A stretch of 32,000 bases of DNA from a cyanobacterium endosymbiont of Braarudosphaera bigelowii (GCF_020885515.1 NZ_AP024987.1:450001-482000), one strand, 5' to 3'; shown: positions 12,347-22,399, counted from the stretch's first letter. Notes: a model not told the origin generated them from the letters alone. Numbers and translations: made by a program.

Positions 12347-13276
12347 ATGGTTATGACAGGTAAAGATCATGTGACACAGATTGAAACATCTTGTTTCGAT
12401 TTAGTGTCTTATCTTAAAGAGAAAAAACAATTGGTTGAAGCTGCTCTAGATGCTTCTATCCCTATTACTTGTCCTGAAAAAATCTACGAAGCAATGCGTT
12501 ATTCTCTCCTTGCAGGAGGAAAAAGGTTGCGCCCCATACTATGCTTAACTACTTGTGAGCTTATGGGGGGAACAGTTAAGATGGCACTGCCAACAGCTTG
12601 TGCCTTAGAAATGATTCATACTATGTCTCTTATTCACGATGATCTTCCTGCTATGGATAATGATGATTATCGTCGAGGACAATTAACAAACCATAAAGTT
12701 TATGGGGAAGACATAGCTATTCTTGCAGGTGATGCTTTGTTGTCATATGCTTTTGAACATGTTGCTACTCAGACTTGTAATGTCTCTTTAACAAACCTAG
12801 TGGATGTTATAGCTCGTCTAGGTCGTACTGTTGGAGCAGCAGGATTGGTTGGCGGTCAAGTTCTAGATTTAGAATCTGAAGGTAAGCCTAATATAACATC
12901 AGATATTTTAAAATTTATCCATGTTCATAAAACAGGTGCTTTATTAGAAACTTCAGTAGTATCTGGAGCAATTCTAGCAGGAGCTAATCTAGAAGATATA
13001 AAACGTCTTTCTCATTATGCACAGAATATTGGTTTAGCTTTTCAAATTATTGATGACATATTAGATATAACTTCTACTCAAGCAGAACTAGGAAAAACTG
13101 CTGGAAAAGATAAACAAGCTCAAAAAGCTACTTATCCAAGTCTGTGGGGTTTAGAGGAGTCACAAAAACAAGCTCAAATTCTTATAGAAGATGCAATAGC
13201 TCAACTAGCTCCTTATGGTAAAGAAGCATATCCTTTAGAAGCTATTGCTAGATTTATCGTTTCTCGCAAAAATTAA
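12347..13276 (+). CDS. crtE: Geranylgeranyl diphosphate synthase / polyprenyl synthetase
   Basis: 309 aa; [35 protein letters not shown] (first Asp-rich motif), [13 protein letters not shown] (second). Confidence 0.95.
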   Translation: MVMTGKDHVTQIETSCFDLVSYLKEKKQLVEAALDASIPITCPEKIYEAMRYSLLAGGKRLRPILCLTTCELMGGTVKMALPTACALEMIHTMSLIHDDLPAMDNDDYRRGQLTNHKVYGEDIAILAGDALLSYAFEHVATQTCNVSLTNLVDVIARLGRTVGAAGLVGGQVLDLESEGKPNITSDILKFIHVHKTGALLETSVVSGAILAGANLEDIKRLSHYAQNIGLAFQIIDDILDITSTQAELGKTAGKDKQAQKATYPSLWGLEESQKQAQILIEDAIAQLAPYGKEAYPLEAIARFIVSRKN

Positions 13277-13294
13277 AATTCTTAGCTATTAATT

Positions 13295-13753
13295 ATGCAG
13301 GATTTTGAAACAATTATTCATAACAGAATACTGTTGGTATCTTTATTAGCTTGTTTTTCTGCCCAAGGATTGAAATTTTTTATTGAGTTAATTCATAATC
13401 GAAGAATGAACTTTAATTCTTTAATTAGTACAGGTGGGATGCCGAGTGCACACTCGGCATTAGTGGGATCACTGGCTACCAGTATTGGATTGACCGAGGG
13501 TTGGGAAAGTTCTGAATTTGCCATCACTTGTCTATTTGCTATTGTTGTTATGTATGATGCAACTGGTATACGTCAAGCAGCCGGTAAACAAGCTCAAATT
13601 CTTAATCAGTTAATTGATTCATTTCGAGACAATATTTTTTACTTGAATACAGAAGAACGATTAAAGGAATTGCTAGGACATACGCCAGTTCAAGTACTTG
13701 TAGGCTTAGGCTGGGGCATATGGATTTCAGTATTAGCAATAACAGTATTTTAG
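13295..13753 (+). CDS. Divergent PAP2 (DUF212) family membrane protein
   Basis: 152 aa; STGGMPSAHSALVGSLATSIGL, MYDATGIRQAAGKQAQILNQL, LKELLGHTPVQVLVGLGWGI. Confidence 0.9.
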   Translation: MQDFETIIHNRILLVSLLACFSAQGLKFFIELIHNRRMNFNSLISTGGMPSAHSALVGSLATSIGLTEGWESSEFAITCLFAIVVMYDATGIRQAAGKQAQILNQLIDSFRDNIFYLNTEERLKELLGHTPVQVLVGLGWGIWISVLAITVF

Positions 13754-13776
13754 TTTTTTTAAATATGTAAATATTA

Positions 13777-13917
13777 TTAAGTAAACATTATGTTATGCGA
13801 CAAAAAGTGCAAATTAAAGAATATTTTTACTATCATAGTGGATATATATCGTATTAAAATTGACCACAAATTAGTGATAGATTGTGAATTTTCCATATTT
13901 AAAGAATGTTTACTTAA
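13777..13917. other. Nested complementary segments in intergenic DNA; possible structured RNA or element
   Basis: 13-bp perfect IR TTAAGTAAACATT (13777-13789)/AATGTTTACTTAA (13905-13917) enclosing CTATCA (13830-13835)/TGATAG (13875-13880) and GTGG (13838-13841)/CCAC (13864-13867) in nested order. Confidence 0.3.
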
Positions 13918-14418
13918 CACAATTGGATCGACAAATAGAAAATTTTGTTAACGTATGAATATAAAGCTCTAATTTTTTGTCTGCTAAAAGTAAAAGTATT
14001 ACTTATTGTTAAACAGCCTAAAATGGATAAACATTTTATTTAGTCATAACGCCTTTTACAATAGCTAAGATTTGAACTCTTGTTCTAAAATTCTTAACTT
14101 TAATTGAAGCTGTTCTAAGTAAAAATAAGCAAAATTTTGATGCAGTTAAAACAAAAATTGTTCTCGGACTTTTGTCTTCGAGGCTAGAATTAGGTGAATA
14201 TTTAGTTCTCCTATTGGATATTATGTGATTTGAATAATAATTAAATGAGTACAGCTATTAAAGTAGATGTTATTTTAATTAAAAAAATCCCATTTATCTG
14301 GTCTCGTTTCAGAAGATTAAGTTTATTCTCAAATGGTTGACCTAGACTTGTTTACTTAATCTAACTGTAATTTACCTTTATCTTCTAATTTTTATAGAAG
14401 AAGCGAGAGGAAAACGCC

Positions 14419-15684
14419 ATGACGCAGGCTAACGACCTATTAACCCTTACTGAATCTCAGATGGAAGTAACGTTCTTTATTGATGAAGATATAAATGAAA
14501 CAAATAGTGATTCTATTAACAGTATCACTACCGAGCCAGATGGTAAAAAAACGCGAAAAATTAGTGCCTCTCGTCGTCGAGATCCTAGTAAAAAAAAGCC
14601 TTATACAGAGGATTCAATTCGGGTTTATTTGCAAGAGATAGGTCGTATTCGACTCTTGCGTGCTGAAGAGGAGATCGAACTAGCTCGTAAAATAGCTGAT
14701 TTATTACAACTTGAACGTATTAGAGAAGCTTTATGGGAAGAGTTAGATCAAGTTCCTAATGATGAGCAATGGGCTAAAAGGATTTTTCAATGGGAAAATA
14801 TTGAGCAGATAATTCGTACTCAGTCTTCTAAAGAGAAAGAACCAAAATGGTCCGAAGTAACTAATATGTTACAAGAAAAGAAAACAATTTCTAATTTAGA
14901 AAAAATATGGGAATTAGAACAAAAAGCTTATCTTCCTAAATTTAAACGTCGTTTATATTTAGGACGTAAGGCTAAAGATAAAATGGTCCACTCTAATCTT
15001 CGTTTAGTTGTTTCCATAGCTAAAAAATATATGAACCGTGGCCTTTCCTTCCAAGATTTAATTCAGGAAGGCTCTTTAGGATTAATTAGAGCAGCTGAAA
15101 AGTTTGATCATGAAAAAGGTTATAAATTTTCTACCTACGCAACTTGGTGGATTCGTCAAGCTATCACAAGAGCTATAGCCGATCAATCACGGACCATTCG
15201 TCTTCCTGTTCATTTATACGAAACCATTTCTCGCATTAAGAAAACTACTAAACTCTTATCTCAAGAAATGCGTCGTAAACCAACGGAAGAAGAAATTGCT
15301 ACTAGAATGGAAATGACTATTGAGAAATTGCGTTTTATTGCTAAGTCGGCACAACTACCAATTTCCCTAGAAACTCCTATAGGAAAAGAAGAAGATTCTC
15401 GTTTAGGTGACTTTATTGAAGCAGATGGAGAAACCCCAGAAGATGAAGTTGCTAAAAATCTTCTTCGAGAAGATTTAGAAAATGTCTTAGATACTCTTAG
15501 TCCAAGAGAAAGAGATGTTTTACGGCTACGATACGGATTAGATGATGGAAGAATGAAAACTTTAGAAGAAATTGGTCAAATTTTTAACGTTACTCGTGAA
15601 CGTATTCGACAAATAGAAGCTAAAGCTCTGAGGAAACTTAGACATCCTAATCGTAATAGTGTTCTTAAAGAATATATTCGTTGA
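14419..15684 (+). CDS. sigA: Primary (group 1-like) RNA polymerase sigma factor, SigA/RpoD
   Basis: 421 aa; [80 protein letters not shown], region 4 [29 protein letters not shown]. Confidence 0.95.
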   Translation: MTQANDLLTLTESQMEVTFFIDEDINETNSDSINSITTEPDGKKTRKISASRRRDPSKKKPYTEDSIRVYLQEIGRIRLLRAEEEIELARKIADLLQLERIREALWEELDQVPNDEQWAKRIFQWENIEQIIRTQSSKEKEPKWSEVTNMLQEKKTISNLEKIWELEQKAYLPKFKRRLYLGRKAKDKMVHSNLRLVVSIAKKYMNRGLSFQDLIQEGSLGLIRAAEKFDHEKGYKFSTYATWWIRQAITRAIADQSRTIRLPVHLYETISRIKKTTKLLSQEMRRKPTEEEIATRMEMTIEKLRFIAKSAQLPISLETPIGKEEDSRLGDFIEADGETPEDEVAKNLLREDLENVLDTLSPRERDVLRLRYGLDDGRMKTLEEIGQIFNVTRERIRQIEAKALRKLRHPNRNSVLKEYIR

Positions 15685-15742
15685 GGTTTATTTGCGAAGA
15701 TATGATATATAAGTAAACATAGAGATTTCTTTTAAAAACAAA

Positions 15743-15779
15743 TAGGCAACAAATATTAAATGTAAATCCTTGTTGCCTA
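15743..15779. terminator. 10-bp perfect hairpin downstream of sigA, candidate 3'-end/terminator
   Basis: TAGGCAACAA (15743-15752) ... TTGTTGCCTA (15770-15779), 17-nt loop, about 58 nt after the sigA stop; no strong U tract follows. Confidence 0.5.
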
Positions 15780-15990
15780 AATCTTTGAATTAATAAGTTA
15801 TTAAAATAATTAGTTATGAGGAAAACAAAATAGTTATAAACAACAATTTTTAGAATTTTTTGGACAACATAATTCTAGAAATTTAACTTATTGTCTACAA
15901 AGCTAAAATGATTCCTATGTAATTCTTCTTTATTGTAATAAAGACTAAAGATAACATCAAAATAGTTTACTATAGTCTAAACATGATGAT

Positions 15991-17253
15991 ATGACGATAC
16001 CACCTGATTTTTCTTCTGACTCATCTTTGGATACTAACGATCAGGAGCTTTCACCTTCCCTGTTATCAAATTCTAAATATAGAAAGTTATCAAGTCTAGA
16101 TTCTTTATCTTTTCAAGAATCAAAAAAACCTCTATATTTGCAGGAAGTTAAGTCTTCTAACCCATGGTTGTTTTTTATCATGCTTGGCTTAATGATCGTT
16201 GGGTTAATATTTAACTTACCTTTAATAGGATTGAGTAGTGCCTTGGTAGCACTATTTCTTTCTTTACGTTCAATGCTTCCCTGTTTCTACAATTGGTTCA
16301 TTAGATATCTTGACTCTGCAGAGAGAGATCTTTTAGTTAGCCTTATTGTTTTTATTTTGTCCTTGGCAGGAATATTCTATTACATTGGTATTTACCAAAT
16401 TATTGGAAATTGGCTAGATCAATTTAAATATGATGAGTTTGGCTCCTGGGCTGAATGGGTTGGAGCATTAGGCCAAATAATGATTGCTATATTGGCCGTT
16501 TACGTTGCTTGGGCTCAATATGTAATTTCTAAAGATTTGACTTTACAACAAAATAGAATTACTCAACAACAAACTATTGATACTTATTTTCAAGGTATAT
16601 CTGATTTAGTATTAGACGGAGAGGGAATGCTAGAAGACTGGCCTCAAGAGCGTTCTATAGCAGAAGGAAGAACTGCTGCAATCCTAAGTAGTGTGGATAA
16701 AATTGGAAAAACAAAAATTTTAAAGTTTCTTTCTCAGTCTAGACTTTTAACTCCACTCATGAGAGATAGTCGTTTGGGAAGACCAATATTAGATGGTTCA
16801 GGCGGATATGCTGAAGACCGTGCTAATGGGATTCGTGTTATTAATTTAGGAGTTATGCTAGCAGAAGTTGACTTATCAGATCAGGACTTAAGATGGACAG
16901 ATTTAAGCGAAGCTAATATGGTACGTGTAAATTTAAGTCGTTGTGATTTAGTAAAAGCAAATTTATCTCGTACAATTTTGTATGATGCTAATCTTCAAGA
17001 AGTTGATCTTAAGAATGCTCGCTTATTCTATGGTTTAAGTGACATTGCTAGTCCTCGCTCGAGAATTCATCCTCCTGACTATAAAACAGGGGCATATACA
17101 GGAATAGTAATTGAAAATTGCAATTTGTCTAGAGTTAAAAATTTGACAAAAGAACAACATTATTATTTATGTGCTTGGGGAGGAGAACATACCCGAGGAA
17201 CAATTCCAGGAGGATGCCATAATATTCCGAATAAATTAAATAAATATAAATAA
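15991..17253 (+). CDS. Membrane-anchored pentapeptide-repeat protein
   Basis: 420 aa; N-terminal TM segments (WLFFIMLGLMIVGLIFNLPLIG...; LVSLIVFILSLAGIFYYIGIY), then ADLD/ANLS-type repeats: VDLSDQDLRWTDLSEANMVRVNLSRCDLVKANLSRTILYDANLQEVDLKNARL. Confidence 0.85.
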   Translation: MTIPPDFSSDSSLDTNDQELSPSLLSNSKYRKLSSLDSLSFQESKKPLYLQEVKSSNPWLFFIMLGLMIVGLIFNLPLIGLSSALVALFLSLRSMLPCFYNWFIRYLDSAERDLLVSLIVFILSLAGIFYYIGIYQIIGNWLDQFKYDEFGSWAEWVGALGQIMIAILAVYVAWAQYVISKDLTLQQNRITQQQTIDTYFQGISDLVLDGEGMLEDWPQERSIAEGRTAAILSSVDKIGKTKILKFLSQSRLLTPLMRDSRLGRPILDGSGGYAEDRANGIRVINLGVMLAEVDLSDQDLRWTDLSEANMVRVNLSRCDLVKANLSRTILYDANLQEVDLKNARLFYGLSDIASPRSRIHPPDYKTGAYTGIVIENCNLSRVKNLTKEQHYYLCAWGGEHTRGTIPGGCHNIPNKLNKYK

Positions 17254-17328
17254 ATTATTAATTTCTAGCTTTTAGAAAAATCTTAGGTTAGATTTATAAG
17301 CTGTATATTTTTTTAGGAGAGCAGGCTT

Positions 17329-17700
17329 ATGACTTTTCAAGAGTTTTGTTTATTGTTAGTTTCTGTACTTGCAAGTGCTCTAGGTCAATTATTTTTAAAA
17401 ATGGGAGCTTTAAAATTAGGTAAAGTTAATGCTCTCAATATCATAAGTCATATTTCAAAAATTATTATTATTCCAGAATTACTTTTAGGGTTATCTTGCT
17501 ATGGGGTAGGAGCGATTGCATATATTTTGTTATTGACTCGTGTTAACTTGAGTGTAGCTGGACCATCTGCATCGATTATTTATATATTTTCAGTTTTAAT
17601 TGGCTATTTCATTTTCAAGGAAGTTATTCCTGTTTATCGTGCTCTTGGGCTCGGGCTAGTAGTGTGTGGTGTCATTTTAGTCGTATGGAAACCTAGTTAA
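17329..17700 (+). CDS. Small EamA/DMT-family (four-TM, EmrE-like) membrane protein
   Basis: 123 aa, four hydrophobic segments; ALGQLFLKMGALKLG, SVLIGYFIFKEVIPVYRALGLGLVVCGVILV. Confidence 0.75.
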   Translation: MTFQEFCLLLVSVLASALGQLFLKMGALKLGKVNALNIISHISKIIIIPELLLGLSCYGVGAIAYILLLTRVNLSVAGPSASIIYIFSVLIGYFIFKEVIPVYRALGLGLVVCGVILVVWKPS

Positions 17701-17771
17701 ATATTAATTAAAATTACTACTTGTCAAAATAAAAGTACTTATGCTATGATTTATATCTGGTGGGTTAATAA

Positions 17772-17845
17772 GGGCTTGTAGCTTAGTGGATTAGAGCGCG
17801 TGGCTACGAACCACGAGGTCGGGGGTTCGACTCCCTCCAAGCCCG
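17772..17845 (+). tRNA. tRNA-Arg (anticodon ACG)
   Basis: 74 nt: 7-bp acceptor GGGCTTG/CAAGCCC, anticodon stem CGTGG/CCACG with loop CTACGAA (anticodon ACG at 17806-17808), T arm with GGTTCGACTCC; discriminator G; CCA not encoded. Confidence 0.96.
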
Positions 17846-17868
17846 TACTGTTAGGGAAAGCTATATAT

Positions 17869-17940
17869 AGAAAAATTGTAACCGTATCTTAAGTGGGTAA
17901 ATTCTATAAGAAAACTTTAAGATACGGTTACAATTTTTCT
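17869..17940. terminator. 24-bp perfect hairpin between tRNA-Arg and ferredoxin gene
   Basis: AGAAAAATTGTAACCGTATCTTAA (17869-17892), 24-nt loop, TTAAGATACGGTTACAATTTTTCT (17917-17940). TTTTT run lies at the 3' end of the stem. Confidence 0.7.
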
Positions 17941-17980
17941 GTTAAAGGTACATTTAGATAGATAAAAATTATTAAGTATA

Positions 17981-18301
17981 ATGTCAAAGAGATATACAGT
18001 CGAAATTTATCATCAAGAAACTAATTATGCTATCGAAGTTTCTGAAGATGAAAAAATTTTAGAATCAGCTAGGAAGGCTGGTATTGAAATACCATTATCT
18101 TGTGAAGCAGGAGTATGTACAACCTGTACTGCTTTCTTGTTAGAGGGTAAGGTAGAACAGGGGGAAGGAATGGGTTTGTCCCCTCAACTTCAAAAGGAAG
18201 GTTATGCTCTATTGTGTGTTTCATATCCTCGGTCTGATTTAAAACTAGTTACTGAAAAAGAAGATAAAGTATATGATCGACAATTTTCACCAAATACTTA
18301 A
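17981..18301 (+). CDS. Plant-type 2Fe-2S ferredoxin
   Basis: 106 aa; SCEAGVCTTCTAFLLEGKV...ALLCVSYP gives four Cys in C-x4-C-x2-C ... C arrangement. Confidence 0.93.
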   Translation: MSKRYTVEIYHQETNYAIEVSEDEKILESARKAGIEIPLSCEAGVCTTCTAFLLEGKVEQGEGMGLSPQLQKEGYALLCVSYPRSDLKLVTEKEDKVYDRQFSPNT

Positions 18302-18340
18302 TCTTCAAAACGTAATGACTTAGTAAAATATATAGAGTTT

Positions 18341-20077
18341 TCAATTACAAATGTATCTCTCATATCGATATCCATCAATATGAGGATACTTTTTTTTGTC
18401 AAAATCGCAATTCTTAAGCTTAATAGAATCATTAAAATTAACGGTCCAAACTTCTAAGGGATCCTTAATATTTTCAACAATCGTTTGTAAAGTTTTAGTT
18501 TCTTGAGAGGAATATTTTTTATCTTCGTTCACTAATAAAAAAGAAGTATTTGTTAATTTCTGACTATTCCGTAATTCTAATCCTATCCCCATCATCTCTC
18601 CTATTTGAACTAAACTTTTATGAGTAGTAACAATTACAGCATGATGAGATACTGTATTTTCAAAAATATTAACGAATTGTTCAGGTCTATAATATTTTTG
18701 ATATCCTAAATTTACCAATACTGTTATTGAACCTAATAAACCCATAATCCATATGATGTAAAAACCTATTTTTCTGTTTAATAAGAAAAAGGGATCGGTC
18801 TTCAAGAATTGATGTTGTATGTTATCCTGCCAAGGAATTGCCAAAATTCCTCCCAAGAGTGCTATTACAGCTGGAAAATAAGTAAAACTATAACGTGCGC
18901 CACGAGTTAAATCTAATTTAGCTAGGTAAGTAATAATTAGAAAAAGACTGATAACTATAGAAATAAAAAATATAAATATAATGAAAGGTAAACGAAATTG
19001 TTTATTTTTTAAACCTACTTTTACTTCTCGCAAGATATACGGTACTAAGTAGATGAAAAACAACAATAAAATTAACCCAGACAAAATTACGATAGGAATA
19101 GAAGAAGATTCCACTGGTAAAAGTGAAATCATTGGAATCCAAACAGCTAATAATTGAAAAGGAGGACTAATAAAATATAGGATATTGTTTATTGGGTGAA
19201 TCCAACTAATCATATCATTACCATAACCTTTAGGTATTATGGTTAGTAACCATATCAAACCTGTGCAGGAAGTTCCTATAATTATTAAAAAAATACGATA
19301 ATAATTTATTTTTTGTAAAATTAATGATTTTCTTTGTGATTGACTACGAGCTAAAAATACTAAAGTTATAATTTCTGATATTAAGGTTAAACAAAAGAAG
19401 TAATGAATAGATAATCCGATACTATTAACTAACGACCAAACTAAAACTAACCAATAAGGAACAATCAAATCTTCTCTAATTCTTTTAATAGCAATAATTA
19501 AACACAGTAAAGATGCTATAACAAATAAAATTGCGAATGTATAATGTCGTGCTTCTTGTGCAAGATAAATACCATATGGGGATACTGCCATTAATGCTGC
19601 ACTAATTTGTCCAGCTAAACGAGATCGAAAACTAATAGAACTTAAAATGTAGATTCCAGGGATAGAGAGAATACCCAAAAAAGCGGGAAGTGTTCTCATT
19701 ATTCCAATATCAATATTTCTTACAATTCCTAAATAGGATAGTAAATTTATCCATAAATGATTAAGAATAAAGTACAAGGGAGGATGATTATCCTCTTCTA
19801 ACAATAGAGATATAATATTACTAATACTTACGTTCGTATTGAACTGTAATGGTTGCAAAAGTGTATCTAATGAAATAAGCTGATTCAGAGGTATTGTACG
19901 AAAATCATTTCCCAAACTAAAAACCATAGTGGCAAATTCATCAGTCCATGGCGACTTAGCACTTAAATTAGTAAATCGAAGAATACTACCAATTACTATC
20001 CAAAAAACTAATAAAATCCAATTATTTACATAAAATAATTGATTAATCCATTGCCTATATAATCTAACTTTTAGCAC
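18341..20077 (-). CDS. Glycosyltransferase family 39-like polytopic membrane protein
   Basis: 578 aa, GTG start; many TM helices; SPWTDEFATMVFSL with acidic motif, ILSLLLEEDNHPPLYFILNHLWI, AVSPYGIYLAQEARHYTF. Confidence 0.82.
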   Translation of the reverse strand: MLKVRLYRQWINQLFYVNNWILLVFWIVIGSILRFTNLSAKSPWTDEFATMVFSLGNDFRTIPLNQLISLDTLLQPLQFNTNVSISNIISLLLEEDNHPPLYFILNHLWINLLSYLGIVRNIDIGIMRTLPAFLGILSIPGIYILSSISFRSRLAGQISAALMAVSPYGIYLAQEARHYTFAILFVIASLLCLIIAIKRIREDLIVPYWLVLVWSLVNSIGLSIHYFFCLTLISEIITLVFLARSQSQRKSLILQKINYYRIFLIIIGTSCTGLIWLLTIIPKGYGNDMISWIHPINNILYFISPPFQLLAVWIPMISLLPVESSSIPIVILSGLILLLFFIYLVPYILREVKVGLKNKQFRLPFIIFIFFISIVISLFLIITYLAKLDLTRGARYSFTYFPAVIALLGGILAIPWQDNIQHQFLKTDPFFLLNRKIGFYIIWIMGLLGSITVLVNLGYQKYYRPEQFVNIFENTVSHHAVIVTTHKSLVQIGEMMGIGLELRNSQKLTNTSFLLVNEDKKYSSQETKTLQTIVENIKDPLEVWTVNFNDSIKLKNCDFDKKKYPHIDGYRYERYICN

Positions 20078-20126
20078 TGAGATTCCTCTTTATCAAACTA
20101 TACATAAAATAACCTAAATTTAAAAT

Positions 20127-21941
20127 ATGCACCTAATAGATTGGATTGTTGTTTTAATTTATTTTTTTGTTACTACTATCTTAGGGTTATTTGTATCTTA
20201 TAAAAAAAAAATACCTGCCAAAAATCTAGAGGACAATACTTACTTTGTTAGTGATTTACTTGCGGGACGAAATTTATCTTGGTGGTTAGCAGGAACAAGT
20301 ATGGCTGCAACAACATTTTCCATTGATACTCCTTTATATATATGTGGTATAGTTGCAAGCCGTGGAATTGTTGGAAATTGGGAGTGGTGGAGCTTTGGAA
20401 TCTCTAACATTTTTTTAATATATGTCTTTGCTGGTATGTGGAGAAGATCAGGGCTGTTGACAGATGCTGAAATTACTGAGCTTAGATACGGTGGAAGAAA
20501 TGCGGCTATTCTAAGGGCTACCAAAGCATTCTTGTTCGCTATACCAATTAATTGCATTGGTATAGGGTATGCCATGTTAGCTATGATAAAAATGGTTAAT
20601 GCTTTAGAATTATGGCAAAGCTTGGGTTTCAACCCTGGTGAGGGAGTTAAACTTTGGACAATAATATCCTTAAATTTTTTTGTTTTAATTTATACAGGAA
20701 TATCAGGACTTTGGGGCGTAGTAATAACAGATTTTTTTCAATTTTTTTTAGGATTAGTTGGATCAATAATACTATCTATTGTTACTGTCTATGATGCAGG
20801 GGGAATAGGTAAATTAGTGGTAGATGTTCAAAATGTAACTGATTTTGATGTGTTATCTTTTATTCCCATTATTTATGATGGAAACTTTAGTTTTACCTGG
20901 AATGACGCAGCAGGAATAACAGCTACCACATTTTCTACTTATCTGTTTGTACAGTGGTGGTCATTTAGACGTAGTGATGGAGGAGGAGAATTTGTTCAGA
21001 GACTACTCTCAGTAAAAGGAGATACAGAAACTAAAGCGAAGTACGAAGCAGAAAAAGCAACTTGGCTTTTTAATATTCTTAATTATGTTGTTAGAACCTG
21101 GCCATGGATAGTTACAGCACTGGCTTCTATCGTTTTATTACCTAATTTAGAGGATCCTGAATTAGCGTATCCTACACTGATGATAACTTATTTACCTCCT
21201 ATAGCTCTTGGCTTAGTTGTTTCATCTTTAATTGCTGCATTTATGAGTACAATTTCTACTTCAATTAATTGGGGAGCTTCTTATTTAAGCAATGATTTAT
21301 ATAAACGCTTTTTTCGTCCTGAGGCTTCTGACCATGAATTAACCGTCGTTGTTAAAGTAGCTTCAGTTGTAGTGATAATTTTAGGATCTATTACTGCTTT
21401 TTATGCAAATGATATCCGTACAATATTTCGTATAGTACTTGCTATTGGAACTGGTCCTGGGTTAGTTCTCATTCTAAGATGGTACTGGTTTCGTATTAAT
21501 GCTGCAGCTGAGTTGTCAGCAATGATTGCAGGATTTATCTTGGGATTAATATCAACTTTTAATCCAACTTTTAATGTGATCTTTTCTGATTTCGGTTCGA
21601 AACTATTGGGAATTTCAATTATTACTGGAGTAATATGGATTACTACAATGTTTTTAACTCCTCCTGAAAAAGAAGAAACATTAATTAATTTCTATAGGCA
21701 TATACGACCAGGAGGACGAGGTTGGTATTTTCAACAGCAGCAGACTGGATTAAAACCAGCTCAAGATTTAAGGATGGACTTACTAAAAGTATTAGCAGCT
21801 CTTCTGATACTTTTTGGTAGTATGTTCGCTATTGGAGGCTTTTTGCTTCTACAGCCAATAACTGGATTTATTTCATTAATGTTTGCAGTTTTTGGAGGAA
21901 TTTTATTGAAAAATCTTGAGAAAAAAGAAATAAGTTTTTAG
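20127..21941 (+). CDS. Sodium:solute symporter (SSS) family transporter
   Basis: 604 aa, many TM helices; DLLAGRNLSWWLAGTSMAATTFSIDTPLYI, SLIAAFMSTISTSINWGASYLSNDLYKRFF. Confidence 0.88.
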   Translation: MHLIDWIVVLIYFFVTTILGLFVSYKKKIPAKNLEDNTYFVSDLLAGRNLSWWLAGTSMAATTFSIDTPLYICGIVASRGIVGNWEWWSFGISNIFLIYVFAGMWRRSGLLTDAEITELRYGGRNAAILRATKAFLFAIPINCIGIGYAMLAMIKMVNALELWQSLGFNPGEGVKLWTIISLNFFVLIYTGISGLWGVVITDFFQFFLGLVGSIILSIVTVYDAGGIGKLVVDVQNVTDFDVLSFIPIIYDGNFSFTWNDAAGITATTFSTYLFVQWWSFRRSDGGGEFVQRLLSVKGDTETKAKYEAEKATWLFNILNYVVRTWPWIVTALASIVLLPNLEDPELAYPTLMITYLPPIALGLVVSSLIAAFMSTISTSINWGASYLSNDLYKRFFRPEASDHELTVVVKVASVVVIILGSITAFYANDIRTIFRIVLAIGTGPGLVLILRWYWFRINAAAELSAMIAGFILGLISTFNPTFNVIFSDFGSKLLGISIITGVIWITTMFLTPPEKEETLINFYRHIRPGGRGWYFQQQQTGLKPAQDLRMDLLKVLAALLILFGSMFAIGGFLLLQPITGFISLMFAVFGGILLKNLEKKEISF

Positions 21942-22010
21942 ACGCAGCTTCTGTTAACACATTAAATGTATGAATCTAATTGTTGATAAATCTATTGTAA
22001 TAGAGTTAAT

Positions 22011-22086
22011 TGAGAACTTAAAGAAGAAGGAAAGACTTTTGCAAATTTATACTTGCAAAAGTCTTTCCTTCTTCTTTAAGTTCTCA
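22011..22086. repeat. 34-bp perfect inverted repeat with 8-nt loop, between convergent SSS transporter and rpmA genes
   Basis: TGAGAACTTAAAGAAGAAGGAAAGACTTTTGCAA (22011-22044), loop ATTTATAC, TTGCAAAAGTCTTTCCTTCTTCTTTAAGTTCTCA (22053-22086). Seven further pairs (two G-T) extend it to about 22004-22093. Outer end covers the rpmA stop codon. Confidence 0.92.
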
Positions 22087-22344
22087 GTTAATTATTGGAT
22101 ATACACTTACCTTTTTACGGCTTTTTGTTTTATGCTCAAAGGTTACTATTCCATTGACTAAAGCAAATAGGGTATCGTCTTTACCTATTCCTACATTGTT
22201 GCCTGGATGAACTTTTGTTCCTCTTTGACGAATTAAAATGTTTCCTGCTTTAACTACTTGTCCACCAAAGCGTTTAACTCCAAGTCTTTGGGAGTGGGAG
22301 TCACGCCCATTTCGAGTACTACCTGTTCCTTTTTTATGCGCCAT
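22084..22344 (-). CDS. rpmA: 50S ribosomal protein L27
   Basis: [62 protein letters not shown]. Confidence 0.98.
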   Translation of the reverse strand: MAHKKGTGSTRNGRDSHSQRLGVKRFGGQVVKAGNILIRQRGTKVHPGNNVGIGKDDTLFALVNGIVTFEHKTKSRKKVSVYPIIN

Positions 22345-22399
22345 AATGTTTTTCTAGTTATTTTCTATGGTTTTATAAAAATAATTTGTCTCTATAGAC

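Noticed and set aside
20240-20632. 130-aa ORF on - strand
   Set aside because: Antisense shadow of the SSS transporter gene; no supporting motifs.
21970-22161. 63-aa ORF on + strand
   Set aside because: Formed by the 34-bp hairpin and the antisense of rpmA; the K/S/F-rich peptide is a by-product of the inverted repeat.
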